Shown here one piece after another: positions 51,961 to 64,000 of a DNA stretch of 64,000 bases. The first letter of the stretch is position 1, and every line of letters begins with the position of its first letter. The notes below the pieces were generated by a model that worked only from the letters and a program-made list of their open reading frames with translations, was not told where the DNA came from and made no database searches. Source of the DNA: Lama glama (lineage: Eukaryota); NCBI GenBank assembly GCA_028534125.1, contig CM052821.1, forward strand, positions 31,930,001 through 31,994,000, in the 5' to 3' direction. The position numbers and the translations under genes are program-made.

Positions 51961-53996
51961 ATCTACCTTTCAAAGGTGTGTAATTGATCCCTTCCCATGA
52001 GGAATATACGTCATGCAAAGAAACTCTTATTGTATTGGTCACCACATGGGCTAGGAAAGGCAGCCTAAGACACATGTGACAAAGCTTCCTCACAAATATA
52101 CATCAAGTACACAGAAGAAAGTGAGAGCAGTTTTCAGGTGCAGATGATGAGGTTGTTATATTGGATGGTAACATTCATTTCAAAAATGTTCCTGGCCAAA
52201 TACAAATCAGAAAGAAAATTACTATTATATCCAGTTGCATCCTAGTACTTCTGGGGATGTATTATGAGAATGTATAACCTCTTGAAAGGATGTGAAGAGA
52301 TGATTGTAGCAGAACGTAGCAGAAAAGGTCTTGAAACCATGACCTTGAACTTTTCACCATGAGACAGCAGAAAAGACTATGATTTTACAACTAATCAATC
52401 AAAAAGCTACTTCTGTATATAAGGCAGTGAGATCAAAGCTCTGGTGAAAAATAGTCCTTTGTTCCTACTTACCCAGAACTTAAAGAAAAGAAAGAAAAGG
52501 GAAAATGCAGTATAATACATTATAAGCTGATACATAAGAAGTTTGGAGGGGTTTGTTATTGGAGTGGTTGTGATGAATACTATAGGGGAGTTGGGGGATG
52601 GGTACACTTTAAAGGACTGTTAGAATGGCAGCAGAAGAAAATGAGTGGGTGGAGTGTTCCATAAAACAAATTATAGGAACAAAAATGAGTAGCTAGGAAT
52701 AAGCACAGTATGTTCAAGGAACAGTGTAGACCAGCATCTTTTAAAAATATGTACAGTGTTTATGTGAATACATGGTGCATCAGATAGTTCTAGAGTGAGG
52801 ACTCATACCATCTTGTTCTTGTTTTAGTTTACCCATGAGGCACCGTGAATAAGCCACTTAATTTCACTGGGTTTCTGTTTCTTTACTTATGAGAAGAGAG
52901 TACTGGACTAGCTTAAAAGTTCCTGATTTCTGGGACAGGTCAAGTTTTTTGAATGTTGACCAAGTTGATTTCTAATGAAGGTCAAAACCAACAAAATAAC
53001 AACAACCTGCTATCTACTATCAGACTAATTTTTTTAAAAGAAGGTATATTTAAAATGGGGGCTGGAGCTAGTCTCAGAAGTGTGTGTGTCTGATAATTTA
53101 TATTAAAACTAACCAAAATGCTCTCATTTTTGTCTGATTTTGATATAGACTAATAACTTCATCACAGATCATCATCACTAATCAGCATTTGGGAACCAAA
53201 GACTAGCTGATACTTACTTAATGGTCCTTCCCTTTGTGACATTCTAAGGGCTCATAACTGGGATAATGTCCCCTTTATATTCTGCCTGTAGTTTCTGAGC
53301 AAGCTAGTTAACACCTTGATGCCCTGTCTAGCCCTTAAATTTACAGCATGTTTTTAGGTCTAATGTCAGAACAATTCTTGTTGGGGATACAAATAGGTAC
53401 AACAGGGGAAAGATACCCTGTTGGAAACCAAGAGAATAGTCTTTTCATCTGTATTTCATCACTCCTAACTATGTGAGCTGCTTCATGTCACTAAACTTTT
53501 TCTAAAAATCATCTGGAAAAATGAAACTATCATATTGCCTGATGGACCTCACTGGATTGCTGTGAGGTAAAGGAGATAACTTATTTTCAGTTTTTCATGA
53601 ACTGTAACGCTACATAAGTAGAAAGTTTTAATAATAAAATACTGATACGTGAAGTCCCGCAAGTGAATATGAATTTTTGAGTAATTCAGAGAAGATTGTT
53701 GGGTTGTGATTTTAATCACCAAGATGACTCTCTAAGAACTAAGCTGCAAAAGCCACAAGCCTGAACCATTTTTTATGTTAAATCTTCAGGGAAAAAATGT
53801 ATATAATTCAACCTAAGCAGTTCCTGTTATTATAAAATTCTAGGATGGCAACGTAATCAAAGCTGTCAGCTATCCAGATACATCATTTTTTTCTCTTCCC
53901 ATCTGAAATTTATCTGCACTTTGGCATTGAACAATGTTAAGGGAGCCACTAGAACTGAAGTTCAACAACATCTAAAAGTAAGCGTAAGTGGGAATT

Positions 53997-54039
53997 AAGA
54001 CTTCGACAATAAAAAAAAAAAAAAAAAGACTTCGACAAT
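53997..54039 (+). mobile_element. Poly(A)-only retroposition with perfect 14-bp TSD
   Basis: AAGACTTCGACAAT + A15 + AAGACTTCGACAAT, preceded by TT (TT|AAGA, an L1-endonuclease-like site). Confidence 0.8.
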
Positions 54040-55815
54040 GAGGCCACGGAGTAATGATGAAACATAGGCAGTAACTTTTTTCCAAATGAAAGGAGATATG
54101 TACTTTCTTAGTTGGAGAACCCTAATTATCAAAGATTTGGCAGAAAGTCTACCACTCCTAATTGCATGAAATTAGCAAACTGACATTTCTGAAAATGGCA
54201 GTGATTGTGCCTATGTAGTGCATTAAATATCCTCCTACAAGGTAGCTGTTCATCACTGAAAACACTTCATTTTTATTATTCCTCTCTGAATTATTTCTGT
54301 AGTGAATTCTTGGAATATATTTATGCATGTACAGAATCACCTGCACTTTGGTATTCAAATTTATATCCATAGTTGACCGCAAATTGGGAACTAAACTTTT
54401 TTCCCCACTATCAACAGAGCAGTGATAATATGAACTAATTTTTTTTTGGAAAGAACTCAGAAGTAAGTGATTTCAGATACATTTTCTGTGATTTTCATGG
54501 ACGACATGAAGATAGGAATGTGGCCATTATGATAGTTTACCTGTATATACTTAGGACATAAGATTCAAACTTGAAACGGTATCTTCCCAACATAGCAGTT
54601 ATTATATACCCTGTTGCAATTTTCTTTTTAATTGAAAATTGCAAATTTAATTCTTTTTTCTGTGAGGATATGGGGAGTGTCTGTCTTGTTCCTGCTGTAT
54701 CCCCAGGGCCTAATAAATTGATGGTGTCCAGAAGGTATCCAGTCAGACTTAATTGAATGATCCTCCGCACTTCAAGTCCCAGATATGACAGAGGGTTGAA
54801 AAGCATTTTTGATTTATGTTATACAGTCTCAAAATATGAAAATGATCACATGAATTTGAACTAATAAAATACCAAATTTTTGCTTAACATCTTACATCAA
54901 TATGGAAAAAAGCCAGTGGAAGAGGAAAAGTAAAATATTATATAATATAATATTTTTCTCCATTAACATTCATAATAATGATTTATTTTAAATACCATAC
55001 CTTTTGAATAAAAGTTTATCCTTTTACATCTATTGAAATATTTTAATATCATAGAGCATTTGGTTATTCAGTGTCTTTACATTTATAAACGAAAAGCAGT
55101 AACTTAGTTATTTAGACTTAAATTTAAAGTCCCAAAGTAATGCTACATATAGTAAGTTTTAAAGAAATTACATTAACAAATTTTGTTTATCTTATTCTGA
55201 TTAGCTGCATATCCTTTGGTCATAAAAGTGATACTGTTTTGACATTCCAATTAAAACTGAAAGAACTGTTCTTTCAAAAGCTTGGATAAATTTTCAAGTT
55301 GTTGCCCCAGCAACTTGGTTGCATATTCATATAACTTTAATTTTATATGTATATCTGTGATAGTGTTAGGGTTATCAAAAGGATCTTTAATGATTTGGCT
55401 AAAGCTCTTCTATACTGTAAGGGTATTTATGTAGAAAGGTATAGATTTATAAATTACTCCCACTTAACACTTATCAAAGGAATTACTTTCTAGAACAAGA
55501 ACAATGGGGTAAAACAATGTGCACTGAGATATCTGACCCTCACTCTTACAAAATATTAATTTTCCTTGTATGCAGAAGAGCAATTACATGGGGGAAACAA
55601 TGTGTTCCATTTATGATTTTTAAAAAATCATTTGACTTTGTTGGAAAAGGTAAAGCAGATATTTCAAACTACAAATAATACATTTCCTAGAAGAAGAAAA
55701 ATACAGCAGTGGTATCCCCACTGCAACACTGATTTCTTTGTAAACATAACCTTTGTGATTCTGTAGTCAGGTGTCCCTTTATACTGACTGCACTTTGCTT
55801 TTACTCTCATACTAG

Positions 55816-55928
55816 GTCTGGAAAAAGTGCCAAAAGACCTTCCCCCTGACACTGCGCTGCTGGACCTGCAAAACAACAAAATAACTGAAATCAAAGATGG
55901 AGACTTTAAGAACCTGAAGAACCTTCAT
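55816..55928 (+). CDS. DCN: Decorin exon 3 (113 nt, phase 1 to 0)
   Basis: TAG|GTCTG...CTTCAT|GTAAGA; translates [38 protein letters not shown]. Confidence 0.98.
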
Positions 55929-57974
55929 GTAAGAATTTTTTTCTTTTTAAGTTGTAATAAGATTTAACTCAAAGTATTTTTCAAAATAAAATTAGGTGAG
56001 GCCAAGGGTACTATATGGTAATAAATAAGCACATAAGTGTTTATTAAATTCTCTTTTTAGGAGAGAGATGAGGGAGCAAAGTGTTGTGCTCATTAACCCC
56101 TAAAAAATTATCCAATTTTCTTGCATATACCCATACAAGGCTTAGGATTGCCTTCCTAAAAAATATGTTATATCTTAATCTTCTCACATGTTTTATCAAT
56201 AAAAATCTTTATCTTCCCAACTAGACTGCACTTCAGTAGTGGAACAAAACACAAAATGGACTGACCTTAGCCTTACTTTATTTCATCATTTCTTTTGTTT
56301 TCTTTCATTCCTTTTCTCAGAGGTGCAGATAACTTTACATAGGCTCAGAGATTGGCACCAAGAAAAAAAAACATGTCTCTCTCTTTCTCTGTGTATATCT
56401 ATGTATGTCATACATCTTGCCTTGTATTTAGGATTATGCATGCTGCATCCTTATCTGTATCTGTGTTTCTACTCTGATTTTCCATTAACCTCTACTATAA
56501 TGTGGTATAGTCAGGCTACCAGTCAGAATTCCAGCAGAAAAGAGGTAGCATAATCAAGACAAGATTTAGTTATCAACTTTCTGACAGCCAAGATGAGAAA
56601 AGCAATAAACATCTGTTAGGAGAAGATTTACCAGATTTTTAAAAGGAAGCAAAGAATTTTTCTTTGAGATTTTACGATTGTCCATGGAACAGTTAACAAA
56701 AATAATAGCACATAATAAAACGGCACCATCAAATTATTGAAGTATCCAACAATATAATATAAGCACATTATAAATTGTGAAGGTTATGGGCAAAAAGTAA
56801 GAGAAAAAAAAAAAAGACATGATCCTACATTAAGTTACCCAGTCAGTGTTTTGAGAGAATACAGGACAAAGGAATCATAGACGATTAGCAGAATGTTGAA
56901 AGGGAGAGAAAAGGGTTTTCTGTGCAAGAGGAAAAGAAAGGCAGAAGAAAGCGAGCAGCAGGCAAGTAAAAACAGAAGATGATTAAGGTGAAGGATACAG
57001 GCACCACAACAGTGGAAGGTAAGGCTTGAGCTGGAGATCTCGAACCCTGGACCAGTGAGACCCTTCTCCATGCACTGGACATGGGCCCCTATTCACCTTC
57101 TCTCCATGTTCATATTATGGTTTCATTGCGAGCAAGTTGATGGTGACACCAACAAAGTTTATCACTGATTATTTAAACTATCCCTTGAATAAGTTAAAAG
57201 AGGTGAAAGTAAAAATGAGTATTACTAGTTTCAGTAAACCAAAGTTTTATAAAGCTTCATTTCATTTGCATAAATCTACCCTAAAGCTACATTTTTTAAG
57301 GAAGGAAGATTCTCTTAATCCCACCTCCTGTATGTTTAAGTATAATCTGAATAATTTGTGTAAAGTCCTTATGTCCTTAAGTAAGAGATACCTAGTTTCT
57401 GCGACATTCTCATTAAATCTGGCATTTGTAATAATGTGTTCTTTCTTTTCCACATCTCCTTCTAGGTATGTTTTTAGGCAACTTATCATCTTAGCAATCT
57501 CTTTCTTTCTACTTTAAAGTATACACTGGATGTAGAGAGTTTATTAGCGCTTCTAACCATTCAGAGGATGTTGAACAGCTATTTTTGTCTTGCTCTTTCA
57601 TCCATGATCATTTCTATCCTTGTTATTATGCAAGTAAACATCAGAATTTCACCTGGGAAAGGCACACTTGAATGAGTAGGAAGGAAAGAAACGAGAATTT
57701 ACCAAGGATTACAACTGAAAGTATTTAACAGAAAAATGTTCCTTTTTTCTCAAGAATTTTACCAGTTTACAACTGTGGCTGTAAGTGGTACATGTTGCTT
57801 AAGAGTAGTCTTATACTTAAATATAGTAGAAAAACTGCATAATTATTGTATAAAATAATGGAAATTTAAGTATTATAATGCCAACAATCAATATTATTTC
57901 CTTTGAATTAAAGCTTAATAAATCTAGTGAAATAGTTTTTTTTTAATTAACAAAACAAAAATTGTCAGGATTGA

Positions 57975-58225
57975 ATAACAGCAAATGTTTGTTTAGCAAT
58001 CACTATATACTAGGTACTGTTCTTAATATCTTATATACATTAATTTATTTAATTTTTATAACTGTTCTAATGAAGTAGACACTCTTGATAACCCCTTTGT
58101 ACAGATGAGCATACTCAGGCACAGAGAGGTCAAGTTACTTGCTTATTGTGACTCAGCAAATAAGAGCCAGAACTTGTGATCTAAACTCAGGAGCAGTCTG
58201 GCTTGAGTCTGTGCACTAATAATTG
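57975..58225 (-). mobile_element. Near full-length MIR SINE
   Basis: CCCTTTGTACAGATGAGCATACTCAGGCACAGAGAGGTCAAGTTACTTGC...CAGTCTGGCT. Confidence 0.8.
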
Positions 58226-58339
58226 CCTATAAATATGATAGTAACCATAAAATCCCTTAAAACAACACCTGGCACAGTGTGCCCTACATAAGTGGCTTTG
58301 GACAAAATTGTCCATAACATTAAGTCAGGTTTCAAGATT

Positions 58340-58650
58340 GTTTTTCAGTTTTATTGAAATATAATTGGTGTACAACACTCCATAACTTCAGGGTGTACAG
58401 CATAATGATTTGACTTGCATATACTGCAAATGATTACCATAGTAAGTTTAATTAACCTCCATCATCTCATACAGATATTTTAAAAAGAAGAAAAGCAAAC
58501 AGTTTCCTTGTGATGAGAACTTTTAGCACTTACTCTCTCAGAAACATTCAGAGATACCATACATCAGTGTTCACTGTAGTCATCCTGTTGTACATTACAT
58601 CCTCAGTACTTATTTATCTTACAGCTGGAAGTTTGTACCTTCTGACCATT
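58340..58650 (-). mobile_element. Antisense L1 3' end (L1MA9-like)
   Basis: TTTTATTGAAATATAATTG...GGTGTACAGCATAATGATTTGAC...TTCCTTGTGATGAGAACTTTTAG...CTGGAAGTTTGTACCTTCTGACCA. Confidence 0.85.
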
Positions 58651-61077
58651 TTCTTTTGATAAAGTGGTGAAAATACTTTTTTTTCTGCTTCCATACTATT
58701 TCTATTGCGAGTCACTTTTTCATCACCTCTCCCCTACCTACCAGGCTAGATCGCTTTTTCTTTAGTTACTAGAGAAGTAGGTAGTCCTGATTTTTTGAGC
58801 CTGTGCTTCAATTTTAGGTTAAGTGGCACTCAAGGCAGTTCCTGACCCTCAAGCAATAAGTCTTCTCCTAACTTGACTTCTCTCAGTCTCTTACCTAACT
58901 AATGACAATCCATTTGGCTTGTCTTCCTTCTTTTCATCAGCTGATCTCCTGAAGAACATCTGCAGTTCACCCTGACTGCCTCCGGTTTAGTTGGACTTTG
59001 TCATTAGCCAGTGTAATTTGTCAGTTTTTTCCCATATCAACATCTTGCCATTGCCTGTTATAATTCTATATACCTTCTTAAATGCACATCCTTGTGTGTG
59101 GAACTAACATTAACCACCTTTAGCAACACTGTATGTCCTTGAGTAACTTTTTTCACATATGGATCTGTTTTATATGAAGCTCTGATTTATATGGATCTTA
59201 ACGTTTTATATCATGATGACCAAAAATTTGCAGTTTATGTATTTTTTCACATTTATTTTACTCTGAAAGCAAAGATGCTTTTTGCTGGACGAGATCTTTT
59301 AACCAACTATTCTATTTTAAAGGTGCTTTGCAAAGAAGCAGTCTATATACATGATCATTTTTTAATCCTCACAACAACCCCCTGTAGGTGTTATTAGTTC
59401 CATTTTACTAAAGAAATGACTGGGGACAAATGTCACACCACCTCAAAATTTAGCAGCAGTTATAACTACAGCATACTTAACAGTAGAGATACTGTCTAGT
59501 TACTATCTGTTATAAGAAGTAATGTTTTATTACCTGAAATGGCAGGTAATATACATCATCAGGTTGATTCTTCATAATAGGTTTCAACATTTAACGTAAA
59601 ATAAAACAGATTTTCAGACCATGTTTGATGCAATTAATTAAATAAATCTTTCAGAATTTTCTTCCATAGATGGCAACTAAGGACATCCTTTGCTTTGATA
59701 ATTAACTATTCGCTATTCTGGCTGTCTTTCAATGATGCAAGTCCTCTCAACTCTTCTCTACTCTAGCTCTGGCTTTTACTGATTTCCTGGGTATTTTGCT
59801 TGTTAATATCAATTTCCTCTGACTTTAACCCTCATGAGTTTTTTAACTTTCTGTAGTCTTATTTGAAATTTCCTAGGCTTTTGTTTTAATCAACCAATGC
59901 ACCTGTTGGCATTAGTCAAAAGATTATGTTACTTGTAATAAGTTTTACTTAGTCAAATAATATGAACTATATGAAGACGTACATGAGTTAATGAGCCAGC
60001 TGTTACCTTCAGAAAATAGTCTTGCAATTCTGAGACTGAATGTTTTCACTGTTCTATTACTTTAGTTCCTATTTTGCCCCTCTGCATTTTCATAGGTGCC
60101 TAAAAATGTACTACAATTTAAAATGCAAGTTTCTTAGACCTTAATAAAACTATTCTAAATTCATTAGAATTGGTTGATAAGATGGCTTAAAATAATAAGT
60201 GTAGTTCTTTAGACATACAGATCATTGGAAGAGAATGAAGTAGTACAATAGTAAGTTTAGTAGTATCTATAACATAGCCATAATGGTTTGCAAGTAATTT
60301 CCTGTATTAGAACTCAGAAAAAAAATTTTTTAATTACCAAAAATATTATCATATTTGACTATATATATATATATATACCCTTGTATGTAAAAAGGGCAAA
60401 AACTGAAGAAAAATACATTGTCTTTGCATATCATATTAACTACATCTTTATTCTGTAAATCGATTAGTAAAATACATTAAAATTTAGGAAAAATGAGAAT
60501 TTTTGTGAGAAAGCAATCCTTTCCCTCCAAAAAAATAACTGGTAGCAAAATCAAAGGAAATTTGTTTAATCTTTCAAGAGATGAGGAAATGCAAAGTACA
60601 GCAATGAGCTACAACATAATGTGCTAATTTGGCAAACATTGAGAAAATATTGTATCTAAATTTGCAAGGCTGCAAGAAAACGTTACTCTCTTGAATTGCT
60701 AGTGATAGTATAAATTAGTGCCACCCTTCTGTAGAGGAGTCCATTACAACAATCCATGAACATGGACTTTTAGGTTCAAAAGCTGATGGAGGGGTGGATG
60801 CCTGTAGCCCTGGATTCTTTTCAGGTCACTCTGGTAATTTCAACCTTTTGGAGTAGTTATTGTGTAAAAATTAAATCTCTCTATGTATGTATATCTATAT
60901 AAAACCTAAATTTTATTTAAGTCCTCTCCTCTTGACTCCTAATGTTTGTTCAGGTCTTCATATGCTTTTTAAGTAAAGGAATCACATTGTTTAATTTTTT
61001 CTGATTTCTTGTAATTTTGAAGATTTCTCTGCTACTCTCATAAATGGAATGAATAAACTACACACTTGTTTTGTATA

Positions 61078-61112
61078 TGTGTGTGTGTGTGTTTGTGTGT
61101 GTATGTGTGTGT
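61078..61112. repeat. Interrupted (TG)n microsatellite upstream of DCN exon 4
   Basis: Seen directly; ends 52 nt before the exon start. Confidence 0.95.
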
Positions 61113-61164
61113 AGGGAAGGTTTTGGAATTAAGATTTTTTTTTCCTGTTGTTCACTATCTACAG

Positions 61165-61378
61165 ACGTTGATTCTCATCAACAACAAAATTAGCAAAATC
61201 AGCCCTGGAGCATTTGCACCTTTGGTGAAACTGGAACGACTTTATCTGTCCAAGAATCAACTGAAGGAACTGCCAGAGAAAATGCCCAAAACTCTTCAGG
61301 AGCTGCGTGCCCATGAGAACGAGATCACCAAAGTGCGAAAGGCTGTGTTCAATGGATTGAACCAGATGATCGTCGTAG
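61165..61378 (+). CDS. DCN: Decorin exon 4 (214 nt, phase 0 to 1)
   Basis: CAG|ACGTTG...GTCGTAG|GTACAG; translates [71 protein letters not shown]. Confidence 0.98.
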
Positions 61379-62164
61379 GTACAGATATTCTTATAACTCT
61401 AAGACCAGGATTCAAAGTTCACCTTAAAAGATTACAAGTAAGCTTTAGCTACAGGAAGGTAAATTACCTAGAACTTGCATGTCTTAAGCCCACAGGAATA
61501 ACCAGTAGCAGGGCCAGGAGAAATGGAATTTTGAATCTGTGCCTTACAACATTTTTATTACTGTCCTTGAGGAGCTGAGAATGTGGAGAAAGCTCTAGGG
61601 CTGATGTTACACTCTTGGATGCCCAAGATGCAGGATGGAATTAAGTAATGCTTAATTAAATATATCTAAAGGGTACTTTTCCATTGTGTGAATTTGTACT
61701 GTTTGGAATATCTATAAGTCATTTGCTTTAAAAAAAATGTGTTCTAATGTTTTGTTCTATGTGTAGTGAAAAGTTTGTAATTTTAATAATTGGCTTACAA
61801 AATGCTAGATTCAAATTATTTAACAACATTTTAATATATCAAGTAATAGCCCCATTAGTGTGATTTGTAAACACTTGCTTTTGTTGATTTCTAGGTAAAC
61901 TTGTGTATGGACCTTAAATAATTTTGTTCTTATAGCTTTTGCTATTATTGCTTTTCCACAAACCTTTGTTTTTTGTTGTTTGTTTTAATAAGAGAAATTT
62001 TTATCCCATTTTGCTATCCCTTTGAGAAGCATGTCCTTTAATATCTTTTGTTTTTCAGTCAAGTCGTTATAGATCTAAATTTCTTCTTGTTGAAACAGAC
62101 ACTACGCTGACTTGCAATGCCCTCAAATTGTCCTCTTAAAGCCTTGCCCTTATTGCATTTATAG

Positions 62165-62278
62165 AACTTGGCACCAACCCACTAAAGAGCTCAGGCATTG
62201 AAAATGGAGCCTTCCAGGGAATGAAGAAGCTCTCCTACATCCGCATCGCTGACACCAACATCACCACCATCCCTCAAG
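62165..62278 (+). CDS. DCN: Decorin exon 5 (114 nt, phase 1 to 1)
   Basis: TAG|AACTTG...CCTCAAG|GTGATG; translates [39 protein letters not shown], including the N-glycosylation sequon NIT. Confidence 0.98.
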
Positions 62279-62744
62279 GTGATGAAAATTCTCCAAAGCA
62301 ATTTGAATATCTAAATCCAAAAGCTTTGACACTTAAAAAATGGTTTTGGAAATTTGAGTGGTAACTAAAGTGGCCAACTTTATTTCTAGTAAATTCTGTA
62401 TTCCTCAAAGTGTTTCTATTGAACCTAGGCGACTATTGGGCCATCCAGGCTAACTGTAAGGGTGATCAGACTCTTTCGCCTATAAAGTCTCTTCTAACAT
62501 GTAAGTTAATACACAATAGAATTGTGACATCAAAAGAAGAAAGTATAGTTACTTAAAAATAAGAGTACTTTAGTGGTACTTTGTTTTAAAAAAATGATAC
62601 ATGAAGTACTTATGAAATTTGAGCCAATTTTTATTTTGAGTCACCAATCCCTTGGTGAATTCCTTTCCATCTCAGGACATTCTAGTCATTACTATAAGAA
62701 TTACAGGATCCACAGTGGTCACACTGTTATTTAAGAGTGGTCGT

Positions 62745-62965
62745 TGTGTGTTGTAAAGAGTATGAATTTTAGAATCGGTTTGCTTGAGTTCATGGTCCCT
62801 AACTGGCTCTATGATCTTGGACAAGTTATTTTTAACTTCTGTTTTTTTAATCTGTAAAGTGGTGGTAATACTAACATCCACTTCATTGGTTGTTTTAAAA
62901 TTAAATAAATAATAATTAAGAGGAATACCTGACCTGTAGATAATTAGTGGGTTAACATTACCTTC
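62745..62965 (+). mobile_element. MIR SINE
   Basis: TGATCTTGGACAAGTTATTTTTAACTTCTG...ATCTGTAAAGTGGTGGTAATACTAAC. Confidence 0.65.
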
Positions 62966-63700
62966 TATTATTCATTAGAAGTATTAGAAGTACTTTAAGC
63001 ACTCCTTTTGTTCAGGCAAAGCACAAACCCTGGAGGCAGGGCAGTGAATAGGTTGTGTACCTACTTTCAGGGAGCTCATTGCCTAAAGCAAAGCCAGGCA
63101 AGTAAAGGACAGCCGTCACAGTCACAGGAGAAAGCTCGCTGTGCTCAGGCTTAGCCAGGAGAGGCACAGACACCAATCTTTGTGAAACTGAAAAGGCATC
63201 AAATCATTGAAAATAAGTTTCTCTACTTTTCATATTTTTCTGGCCCCAGGTTTTTCAGTCTCACAAAAGCCCCTCTGTTCTCAAATTTTTCCCTCTGGTC
63301 CTTCCTCAGCTTAGATGTCTTATTCTTGTACTGAGTATAAAACACAGGCACTTGCCCACAGAAGACAATTATCCTTCATTGTGCCTCCACAGAAATAAGT
63401 CTTGAGGGTACATAGTCTATAGAGTGGTTCCTTACTACCCCCTGCCCTCTCCATAGTCTTTTTGCTACAGAGGATGTTTTTGCTGCCCATTAACAGCAAC
63501 TGCTTGCATAGATGATAGGTAGGCAGATGAAGGGAGATTGATTTATAGTTCACAAAGCACTTTCACGTTGAGTCTCTGACTTGTTACATGTAATAAGAGA
63601 TTTTTTAATCCCCAGTGCAGGGGTTTTATATTTTAAAATATATTTTAATTTATATTTACAATAATGTATTTTATAATAATTATATATAAAATTTTCTATA

Positions 63701-63829
63701 NNNNNNNNNNNNNNNNNNNNNNNNNNNNNNNNNNNNNNNNNNNNNNNNNNNNNNNNNNNNNNNNNNNNNNNNNNNNNNNNNNNNNNNNNNNNNNNNNNNN
63801 NNNNNNNNNNNNNNNNNNNNNNNNNNNNN
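63701..63829. other. Assembly gap (129 N)
   Basis: N run seen directly, next to a very AT-rich stretch. Confidence 0.99.
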
Positions 63830-64000
63830 GCTGCAGGAGGTGAAGTAAAATAGCTGAAATTTAAAGTACAGGTCTTTTTCGCGACTTCACGCTGCCTGAT
63901 GACTTGCATTAAGCACAGTCTTTGACTTTTCTGTCCTTCTTAAAGCATTTCCTAAATCTCTCTCAGTAACACATTTCATCACTTAGTCATCTGTTTTCCT

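Larger units (their letters stand above)
39917..64000 (+). other. DCN: Decorin gene, 5' part (leader exons 1a/1b and exons 2-5; continues past window end)
   Basis: Four GT-AG-bounded exons splice in frame into the decorin N-terminal Cys cluster and LRRs. Exon sizes (247, 113, 214, 114 nt) match the known DCN structure. The start coordinate is approximate. Confidence 0.97.

Noticed and set aside
55664-55894. Minus-strand ORF overlapping exon 3 (and similarly 44159-44485) as an antisense gene
   Set aside because: Short shadow ORFs opposite coding exons, with no independent support.
61066-61578. 170-aa ORF as a stand-alone gene or long exon
   Set aside because: Only 61165-61378 is decorin. The N-terminal CVCVC part is the TG microsatellite and the C-terminal part is read-through into intron 4.
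1-64000. CRISPR array, prokaryotic operon/defence system, or rRNA/tRNA/snRNA genes
   Set aside because: The sequence is mammalian intron/intergenic DNA; no regularly spaced repeats with unique spacers and no recognisable structural RNA were seen.

Overview
AT-rich mammalian genomic DNA containing the 5' part of the decorin gene (DCN) on the + strand. Visible parts are two alternative non-coding leader exons (1a ~39917-40305, 1b ~43191-43413) and coding exons 2-5 (44191-44437, 55816-55928, 61165-61378, 62165-62278); the remaining exons lie beyond the window. The upstream ~39 kb has no supportable gene and is a mosaic of decayed L1, L2, MIR, MaLR/ERVL LTRs and DNA-transposon MITEs. The species is probably a camelid (inference from a young L1 3' tail, the artiodactyl-like decorin sequence and the absence of Alu/Bov/PRE/SINEC). 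Four N gaps are present, and two hide part of leader 1a and the ATG/signal peptide/GAG site. I found no evidence of a new multi-gene system. The best second-look items are: leader exon 1b built from an antisense L2, with an internal donor and uORFs; a bare poly(A) insertion with a perfect 14-bp TSD; a 50-bp templated copy at a repeat breakpoint; a CpG-rich old LTR in intron 2; a dense TF-motif cluster in intron 1; and a 22-bp perfect palindrome. Repeat subfamily names and cross-species comparisons come from recall and need RepeatMasker/BLAST confirmation.
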